Program-made: the position numbers and the translations under genes
Shown: positions 1-10,400 of the stretch, one piece after another
How positions within the stretch are numbered: the stretch's first letter is position 1
How the letters are laid out: each line of letters opens with the position of its first letter
The notes under the pieces: model-generated
Seen by the model: the letters and a program-made list of their open reading frames with translations, nothing else
The model's database searches: none
What the model was told of the DNA's origin: nothing
Source of the DNA: Balanoglossus misakiensis
Taxonomy: Eukaryota > Animalia > Hemichordata
Assembly: GCA_040954595.2 (NCBI GenBank)
Contig: CM082580.2
Coordinates: 4,392,783 to 4,456,782 of the forward strand
Reading direction: 5' to 3'
Length of the DNA: 64,000 nucleotides

Positions 1-1223
1 CCTATCATTTGGTCTCGTCATCATAATTGTGATTGATATACGTGTAGGTGGCTCATTACAGCAAAACCATGCAACATCAAATGAAATGATAATGAAATTT
101 ATCCGGACCCGACTCGCTGCTATGACAATGCAATGAAGCGCTAAATTCATCAAATTTCATCGCAGCTTGACAGCGCAGACGTTAGCTACAGTCAGACGTT
201 AGCAGGAGAATTTTGAATATGCGTATTTATTAGGTTTGCATGACGATCCTGAATTGGCGCTTAATGAATGTAGCGGCGGAGATGTCCTCGTCCAATCAGA
301 TCTCTCATTACTGCGGCTACTGATAGAACCGTGAACAGAAAAATGGCCCATTATTTTCGGCATCATGCTGTGTTAACGTCAAATTGTGGTTGTCGAGATT
401 ACGAGATAAATAGCAGCATAATGATAGATTGACTGGTCTTGACGTCAAACCATATCTTCACCGACAAACTATTTAATGAATGTTACTACTTCCAAAATGT
501 TTAACTTTGACAAGTGAGAAAGTTCACACATTTTAGTATATACATGTACGTTTAATTAAATCTCCAGTAACTCTAAATGTACCTATTTATTCATTAGTTT
601 TTTTTCTTCAATTTGTTAGCTTTATGTAATTCAATGTTTAGTTTACCTTACTAACAAATCATGTATCGGTCAGTGTTAATTGTTGTTAAACGTTTTCCAC
701 ACCGCGGTTGAAAGGAAAACTGCATCACGTCAACTGGCAACACAGCACATGGCAATGGGGGTACACGGACAGAACATGCCATCTAAAACAAGATGCAGAT
801 ATTAGGAGACATACCTTGGGGAAAAATGTTGGCGGGTGGTGAGGAGGGGGGACAATCTTTTGTTATGCCCTGAGGAAAAAAAGGATTGGCAATGGAACAA
901 AAATGGTGTGATAGTGGCTGAAAAAAATTAGCTGACACACCCTAATCCTCTACCCCCAAGGAAATATACTGGTTCTCCCCTAAGCTATAAAGGGTGTTGA
1001 ATTTGCATGAAAAAAATTAAAGTTTGTTCAGACACAAATCTGACCTTGCCTGACTTCTTTACCTTTTGCCACAGGCGATACTATTAACAAAACTCTTAGG
1101 GGGAATGGAAAATCATGAAACTTTTTTGATCAAAATGGAGTTTGATCTCCAAACACAATTTGAAGCGACCCAGCCAGCTACGTCACATGACAAGACTGAG
1201 CATGCGTATCTCTGTGCATCGAC

Positions 1224-1291
1224 GGGGAAACCCCCTTTCCAGATCACATGACAAGCATGCGTAGTAGCACATTCACAGGGGGGGAATCCCC
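1224..1291. promoter_or_regulatory. Two NF-kB (kB)-type sites upstream of the GT4-NHL gene
   Basis: GGGGAAACCCC at 1224-1234 and GGGGAATCCCC at 1281-1291 both fit GGGRNWYYCC. TCACATGA (M-box/E-box-like) occurs at 1183-1190 and 1244-1251. About 1.1 kb upstream of the ATG at 2359. Confidence 0.5.
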
Positions 1292-2358
1292 AGTCGCAGT
1301 CACCTGTTGAGCTGTCAAAGAGTTTTGGCAATGTGGCGGTCATGTCTTGAAATCTATGCGTTACTTTATCAGTGAACCCGGAACCAGGGTTTATTTTGTG
1401 ATAGTAGCTTTGGTAACAGGTATGTAGTACGTCACATGTAGACGAATCATGAAGCTTGGAGCGGCTGGGTGCGCGTAGCTAGCTAGAGAGGTACCAAATC
1501 GAGTCTGAGTGAATGCGCCAGATTTCCAGTGATTTGACGACATGAATGTCGTTTCTCTTAATCCGAATTTTTTATTGCTTGCTTGTTCGCCTTCCGATCC
1601 AAGTTTGAATCTGGAAAAAAGGGGGAATTGTCGGCTGAATATGCCACGTTCACCAGCAGTGTTTATCATCTTTGTGAGCTAGGTCACATTCAAAGAGAAG
1701 GGGGGGGGGGGGGGCTGCCACGTGGACAAAATCGCTTTGTTCACTTTATTCGTGTATCACACAGGTCTCTGTGCCATCGTGACGCTTATCTTATCTCAAT
1801 GCATTAAATTTCATTTCAAAACATTGTTGTCTACAGACACGCCCACTTCTGTGCTCAGCAGGCCCGATTTTTCGTGTTTAATGCATGTTGAATTTTCAGT
1901 TGTGATTATGCCGATTCTGTTGTATCACATTTACATTTGAAATCGATTGACTTGAACTGAACAACAGATATCATGTTTTTATTTTGGAATTATTATAGCG
2001 CTCTGTGTGCCACACACTGAAATTCTGTGATTGGCTTTATAAATTGTCCATGGTAACAGTGGTTACATTTTGATATATGACTGTAAATTGCATGCCAAAA
2101 AAACACGTTTTTTTTTTGGTTTAGTGTTAAATGGCTGAAATGGCATATTTGAATGTTCTAAAGAACATTAGGTGCTTTTTTGTGTGCCATCCACTAAAAA
2201 TCTGTGATTGGCCAGAACTCAATTTGCCATGGTAACTGTGGCTAAATTACTATAAGTGGCTGTACACCTCTAATAACAGATGTGTAAGAATCTACCAGTC
2301 TTCTTTAAATGTCTCAAATTTGCTTATAATTTGTACACAGTAATATAATGTCAGAACC

Positions 2359-4477
2359 ATGTGCAGTGCAGCATTGGTTTTATTGACATCATGGGACAAG
2401 GAGAAAAATGATACGACTACTCAACCAACTTGCGCTTTAATCAAACATCTTAAAGAAGAGACACTTCAGACGGATGGAGACACTGAGTTCCACTGTACAA
2501 CCCTTGAAGTTGAAGTGAGTGAAGAACAGAAGAAAGATGCGAAGAGTGTTGGTGCTACTTTGGTCCTCGCAACAAGAAACAAGTGGTCGGATCCTCTTGA
2601 AGACCCCCCTGGAGTACACTGGCTTTTCAATCACTGGGCCTACTTCCCAGAACTGAAGGGATTGCAAAACATCAAACACGTAGTCGGATATTCTCCGAAG
2701 ACGCACAACGCCGCAGCCGCAATCCATGAAAGTCTCTTTCCCAAAGCCAAACTTCACCAACTGCAACTTCCCAATCCACCACCTGTGGCAGCGTTACTGG
2801 TGACGACGTCCTATCAGACAGAATCAGAAGGCCAGCTGACTTTACCAACTCGCACAATTGTCAGTCAACTCCGCGAAGAGTCGCTCAACTCGAACAAAGT
2901 CTCTGAGTTCTACTGTACCACCCTCGAGGATGAAGTGAGTGAAGAACAAAAGGAAGACGCAGAAGAAGCTGGTGTTACCTTGATCCCACCTACGCGAACT
3001 AAATGGTCTCATCCTCTGGAAGATCCACCAGGAGTACATTGGCTTATTAATCACGGAATCTACTACCCTCAACTGAAGAAGCTGCAAAACATAAAACATG
3101 TGGTTGGGTTTCTTAAGAAGACGCAATACGCCGCTATGGCAATTCACGAAGGCCTCTTTCCCGAAGCCAAACTTCACCAACTCCATCTTCCTGATCCACC
3201 TCCAGGGGTACTGTTCGTGTACGATGAATGGAACAGAGAAGACTGTGGCTTGACTGGGTTTCACAGAATTCTCGTACGAGATTTCTCTGCAAGGAAACGC
3301 GAAGAAGGAAAACCTGTCAAAGCCTACTCCACTCTGGTTGGTGTCAAAGTCAGTGATGATCAGAAGGCAGATGCGGCCAGTTGCGATGTTACATTGATTG
3401 CAGCACAAAGACAGGGAAGAATCGACCCAGATGAAGACGAGCCAGAATTGAAGTGGTTGATGTATCATAAAATCTACTATCCCGACTTACAAAAGCTGGA
3501 AAACATACAGTATGTTGTCGGTTACGCTCCCAAGACTGGCCTGGCTGCGGCTGACATCAGAGAGAAAGTATTTCCCAGTGCAGAACTCGTTATGATCAAC
3601 CATGCCTATGAAGATGACAACTGTCTGCTGGGATTATCGAAAGAAAAGTTCAGTGAAATGATGCTGAAGTTGGCCAGTGAAGCTGACATCATATTCTCAA
3701 TTGGTCCAAGTGTGTATGAAGATTTCAGGAGCCAGTACCGAGCCACCTATGACGACAGGGATCTATACATAATCCCTCATGCAGAGATTTTACCCAAACC
3801 TGCTGGAGTCTTCTTCAAGCTGAACCCAAAGTTGCTAGATAAAGTGACTACTCACAGCGTATTGACGTACGGGCAGATCGATACCCAAGAAGCCTTGGAC
3901 AGATGCGAGACAATAGCAGCTTCTGTTGGAAGTGCAGCAAATGTACTGAACGATGTTAACGACAAACTTCTCAAGTGGTCAATACAGGGAGTTTCTCGAC
4001 AAGCAAGTCAGGCTGAACTGAAGCGCCTCCTACACCAGATAAACAGCGATCACGTAAAGACACATCTTCTGTCTGCTTACTCGGCAAAGACCTTACAGAG
4101 ATCTCTGTGTCAATCCGACATTTGCCTTCCGCCACCTTTCAGCGCCGACTATGGCTTTAGTGGTTTGGAATCTATAGCAGTTGGACTCCCAACCTATTCT
4201 GATGAATATTCCCAGCTTGGAAAGTTAGTCAAAGAATACTTTCCATACTACGCAGACAGATTTGTAGTGGCGCACTCATCTGATAAGATTTCAGAGAAGA
4301 TAATATGGAGTGTCAAGAACACCAGGCTAGCTTTTGAAGAAGCTAAGGAACTGAAGAATGCTTTCATGGAAAGTGAAGATGTCAACAAGAGTTATGCCAC
4401 ATTTGCTGGTATGTTGAAGCTAAAGCATACAAGCGAAGATGAAGATGGACTCGATCAATGCAGGAAAGAAACGACAG
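2359..4477 (+). CDS. Exon encoding triplicated GT-B N-lobe and a GT4 (Glycos_transf_1-like) domain
   Basis: 140-aa repeats at 2359-2784, 2785-3204 and from 3205 share CTTLE.EVSEEQK.DA...GVTL, W..NH..Y.P.L..L.NI..VVG. The third copy continues into VMINH...ADIIFSIG...LTYGQ...SDICLPPPFSADYGFSGLESIAVGLP, matching the GT4 EGFGLxxLEAxxxGLP region. Confidence 0.75.
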
Positions 4478-7400
4478 GTGTGTATAATAATATTATATTT
4501 CTGGTTTAAGTTTATTTCCCCTTAATTATTAGGTCCCATTTAGTATTAAAGACTAAGCTGTGTGTGTTTGGTAATCCCAGCTTTCCATTAGAACTATTTA
4601 AATTTGTATTGTTGACTTTACCACGAATGCTTTTAAGGGACCGTTCAGTTTTTACGGCAGGGGGGGGGGGGGCTGGAAAGTTTGTGTCATCGGTTCTCAA
4701 AATCAGGCCGACCCCCCCTTCACCCAGCCCAAAAAAATGATGACCCCCCCTTTGACAGACCCAAAAATATGATGACCCCCCCCCCCCACGCCGAAAACAT
4801 TCGCCGTCCTGATCCTATGTATACACTGTATGCAATAAAGGGAATGGGGCTCCTCACTCCTCAATTATAAATTTCTTAAAGTAATTGAATTATTTAATAA
4901 TATCGTTGCAATAAAGAAATCTATGAACAAAATAAAATGACAAGTCAATACAATAGTTGCTAGAATTGGTAAAACAAGAAAAGTGGCGGGCGTGGGCGTG
5001 GGAGGGGTGTCCCCCTCCCACATAAGAAAATTTTGTAAAATACGGTGCTCAAAGTTGCATTTTAATGAACTCAAAAACAAATAAAGTCAATGTTAGGCAG
5101 GACAAATTTTGATTTTGCCACTCCACTCAAAGTAAGCATAGGGGTGGGGTGGGAATAAGTCTGCCCTGGTACACTAGACAAACCAGCGGATAAATGATAT
5201 GTTGCATAGAATGTAGGGGGTGGGTGTGGGAGGGGGTGTCCCCCTTCCACATAAGAAAATTTTGTAAAATATGTAGCTCAAAGTTGCATTTTTATGAACT
5301 CAAAAGCAAATTCATCTCAATGTTTGGGAGGACCAATTTTATTTTTTGCCATTCCACTCAAAGTTAGAAGATTTGGCGTCATCTTCGTCATGACATCATT
5401 TATAAAACTTCCAGCATATAGAAGATGCAGCACGAAACTATCAGTTATGCAAAATGGTTTAAACGTTTATTCTCCTTTATGTATTAACTTTGTTAAATAT
5501 TATCATCAGAGGGTTTGGGGTGGCAAGCAGTCTGCCCTGGTAGAATAGTCAAACCAGCAAAAATCGATATGTTGCAAAGAATGTAGGGGGTGGGTGTGGG
5601 AGGGGGTGTCCCCCTCCCACATTAGAAAATTTTGTAAAATAAAGGGCGCGAAACTGCAATTTTGTGGACTCAAAAGCTAAAGTTTGGTGGCAAAAGTATG
5701 TGACCCCCCCCCCTAAACGTTTAAAAAAAACAGATGACCCCCCCCCTTTTGGACTTCAAAATTCAAGTGACCCCCCCCCTGGATTTTGCCGGCCCCCCCC
5801 CGGCCGTAAAAACTGAACGGTCCCTAAGCATCATCTGTGAATTGCACTAAACAGCATTCTTAGTGTGTACATGCATGTGATATTATATTGTCTTATGGCT
5901 GTATACTGTTGTTTCTTTTAATCTTAGACCATCTTGCTGACACAATTCAAATCCATGTCCGACTGGATGAAAATGCCTATCAGCAGCATCTAGCAGAAAA
6001 TCAGGACCAGAATGAGGAAAGGCAACAGGCAGCATCTACAGCTTGGGAAAACTGCCGACGAGAGTTTAACAGAAGAGCAGCTGACGTGGTATCCAATAGA
6101 GACGACATCAACAAAGTCAAGAAGGCCTGCACTGATAAACTTGGTCGAGTGGATATACCCGAAACAAAAACAGGGTGTCTTCAAATCACAGTCGCCATTC
6201 CTAGACTTAGCAATCTGTACAGATTGCGAGGAAGCTGTCACGAGTCAAGAAGTTTAGCCAGGGCATTAGAACCAATCTTGATGACAGACGCAATGGAAGA
6301 AGTCAACACAGCTGGAATACCATTACAGTTGACGGCAACATATGACCAAACCAGGTTTGATGAACTGGAACTTGTCTTCCTTAAAAGTAAGTTTTGAGAC
6401 GACGATATAAAATATTACAATTCAGTACAAGATTGGATAATGGAAGAAAAAATGTTGGTTGAATTCCACGAGGAAACAAAAATGATTGAAACATTTCAAC
6501 CCCAGGAACTTTCACAGAAAGAGGTGTAGTCATTTAAATCTTGGTCTACCTTTTATTATCTTCCAGGAGACGGTGGTGGAATAGGACCAGTGAAAGTGTG
6601 TGATGACACTGAAGACGAAGGTATTGATGAAATACTGGATGAGGTATGTCAAATATTGGTATCCTTTAAGGATAGGATATTCTTGTAAGACTAAGATTTA
6701 ATTACATGATGAAAAAGAAAATTGCTCAGATTTTGCCTTACGGTTGATTGCCTGTTTACCTGATTAAATGTCCATATATCAGTCATGAAATAATCCAAAC
6801 CAAGCAGAATTGCCTGTACATTGATAAGAATGTTCTTGTTTCTGTTTAAGGCTGAAGGAGAAGGTCTAACATTGCAAGAGGATCCTCATAGCAAACTCAT
6901 TGACCTGAAACAAAGTGAGTACAGAACAAACACTGGTAGTTTAATTAGGGCCCAAGCGCAAGCAAGCGCTTGGGCCCTATTGGTTTCGTTGGAATTTTTC
7001 TTTCTTTCTTTATTCTTGTGTCAATTCTTCGGCCAACCAAATCTCTGAAACTACAGCAGCTACACTGCTCAAACTTGCTACAGTGGTCAAGGTCTATGAG
7101 TAGATGTGCAGTGACTTGTGAATACTTAATTAGTCACGTGACCTGGCGGCCATATTGGATTTTCTGAAAAAAATCAAATCTCAGATCTCAGAAACTACAA
7201 GTCAGATCGACTTCAAATTTGGCATGCAGGTAGGCTACCTTCTACCCATCATTTTTGTAATTGGAAATTTTGCTGTCATTGTTGCAGTTTTTTTGCTACA
7301 ATTTTTTTTCTGAAATCTGGCTTAAAATTCAAAAATCTTCTTCTCCAGAACCGGTGATAACAGAGACACGGGGTTTGGGGTATGTGGTCACCTAACTGAT

Positions 7401-10400
7401 GTCTATCAAGTTTGCGAAGATCATTGTGATTGGTCGAAGATTATGGCGGCCATATTGGATTTTCGAAAAACCATAGTTAAACTCCAAAAATCTTCTTCTC
7501 AAGAACGGGAGATGACTGAGTTGCAAGATTCGGGGAGTATGGTCAATACACTGATGTCAATCAAGTTTGCAAAGAGCATTGTGATTGGTCGAAGATTATG
7601 GCGGCCATATTGGATTTTGTAAAAAGCAGTGAAAATTTGAAATTCCTTTTTCTAGTCTAAAAATTGATAGCATACAAATTCTTTTTATGGATATCAATCG
7701 TCATGTGACTAAAATATGTTACAATTTTTTTGGCAATTTTTCACATGACCTTTGACCTACTTATCATGCGTTATTATTTCTGCATATCTAATTTCAGGCT
7801 AACCTATAGGGCTAGATGTTTGGTTTTTGATGCATGTGGATTAGTGTGTGATCAAAAAATTTTGCTACTTTTCATGACCCCTTTGACCTCTGCTGACCTC
7901 ATTAATTATGTGCATAGCTAATTACAGGCGAACCAATAGAGCTAGAGGTTTGGTTTTTGTTGGACATGGACCAGTATGGGATCAAAATTTTTTGCCCAAA
8001 TGTTGGGTGACCTCTGGTGACCTTTGATCTACTTTCGCATATCTCAGCATCCAGAGCAGATACAGCCATGGCATTTGGTAGGATGGGACCAAAATGTAAA
8101 GCCACATTTTTGGGTCACCTGTAACACCTGCTGACATCATTAAATATGCACATACCTAATTACAGGCGAACCAATAGAGCTAGACTTTTGGTTTTTGTTG
8201 GACATGGACCAGTATGGGTAAAAAAAATTGCCCAAATAGTGGGTGACCTCAGGTGACCTTTGACCTACTTCACCCTATTTCAGCAGCAAAAATACACACA
8301 TCCTTGTTATGTCATGAGATAATACATCCGATAGAAAATTCTGTTTCTTCTCATTCATACTGTGCATATATAATTCAAGATCAGCGCTTGGGCCCGACAA
8401 TGCTGCTCGCAGCTTTAATTTTAATTTAAGTTTAATTTTAATTTTACCACAATGATCATTTGGACATAGCCAATCATATCTTTCCTTGTCACTAAGATGT
8501 GCACTTTTGGTGTGCTTAACTAAATACCTTGAGTGATCATTTTGATATGGATGGGTATTATCGCAATTATTTGTGTAGGTTCACCTTCAACATGTCTTCG
8601 GCACTGCTATAGGAAGATTGAGAGTAAATTCTTTCACACTGCGTTATTATATTTCTGTACCATTTTATTTGATGGCAACCTTGCAGGTGGGACATTATCG
8701 AAGCTGTTGTTTCTTGAGATTGATCCGACACGAGAAATCAAGAAGTCAGCAGACAAATATGCACCTCTGATACTCAACAGTGAGCAGTGTAAAACCAAAA
8801 GAAAGAAAGGAAGACAGTGTGATATCATACAACTATCAGTGAAAATGACCGAGAAAGTTCAGCATATCCTATCTCACAGGCCACAAGTCTTAGAGTTACT
8901 GGGTGTTAGAAGATATCTTATGACTAACACAGAAGGGATTGATTTCAGTGACTCAGGTAATGACTGCATATTTATAATCACACAGTCCAATACACTGCAA
9001 CAATCATGCATGGCAAACTGTCTAATTATGTTAAGTGTCCTGAGTGTGATATCCAGTGATATTTTTTTCGCAGGCTCACTTGTCTCTGTAACAATTACAG
9101 TTTGTGGAGCTTATTGCAGAATTGAAATGACCTAGCTGTTGCAATCAATATATTGTCATGTCACCATTGTATGTATGTGCTTTTTATAATACATGAATGT
9201 GCTTTTGAAAAGAGGGACATCGGTTGTTCACCATCTTTTTTTCACAAAAATCACTACATGCGCGGTACTTTAATATTACTCTATACTCACACCTGCAGAT
9301 TGCCAAATGTACATCTTACATTTAAGTATCTACATATCATCTTCTTCATTCCAGAGTTGGAAGAGAAAATCAAACAACAGGGTACACTAGTTCATCCCAT
9401 ATCAGATGAATCTATCAGCTTACAAGCACAAAGCTTACTGCCCTTTGAAGTTAGTCTAAAACAGTTCAAAGAAATCCAGGTCTTGCTATCACAGATATTG
9501 TGTATGAGACAGAGATTAGACAAAGTCGTGGCAGAGAAGGCCAGAATTTACACAGAGAAGACCAAAATCCAACTAGAGAAGTCTAAACTCCAGACAGAAA
9601 AGATGATTGTAGAGAATCAGTTGAAGGAAGCAATTCAGGAAAAGTCCTTCTTGGAAAAGCAGTACGACGACAGCAAACAGAAACTTGCAAGTGCCGAAAA
9701 AGTAGCTGCCAAACAGCTTGTAAACATTCACTTTCTCCGGAAAAGTTTGGATGAAGTAGACCCTAAAATCATCCAAGTCTTGGAGTCTAAACTTGAACAG
9801 AAAGAGCAAATGATTAACGAACTGAACAGAAAGTTATCGAACATCTCTGATAGTGAACTGAAACTTGAACTTGAAGATCCAACACTGGAAACAGAGCAAG
9901 AAAAAGGTAAGATTGAAGTTATGGACCGGTATATTATAATAGGGAATAATACCATTTCAAGCGGGAGATTGTTCCACAGGTGTGCTGAGTTTTACTGTAA
10001 CACTGTCTCTCCTATGCTTTATATGTACAATTGCAGATAACCACATAGTGTCCCGCATTATTTTCTACTGTTGTGGAGTATTTTTAAATGTGCTGACATT
10101 CCACTGTCTGGCTTGAAATTTAAGTAGTGGGTACTCAGAGTGGAGCAAAAGCAGCTTGAAATTTTGTTCCTAATGTATATACACACGCGTAACTGTGAAG
10201 AGTTACTCTAGGCTAGTGCTATTGAAAATGTAATTTGTTGCAGATTTGATGTTATACATGTAACTTGAGAAAGACAAAAACTGTAAACTGAGTTGGATGT
10301 CATGAGGATCCCGTGGATATTTGTAACATCTTAAGGTGTTATCCTCCAATTCTTTTTTTTTTATTGTAACATTGGAAACCTGCAGAAAAACCTTCAATTT

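Noticed and set aside
2000-2265. Duplicated GATTGG + CCATGGTAAC (Y-box/X-box-like) motif pair before the first coding exon
   Set aside because: Looks like a short diverged local duplication or repeat fragment in an intron; a regulatory role cannot be supported.
2437-3468. Minus-strand ORFs 2437-2766 and 2842-3468
   Set aside because: Antisense shadows of the repeated GT exon; they repeat with the same 420-nt period.
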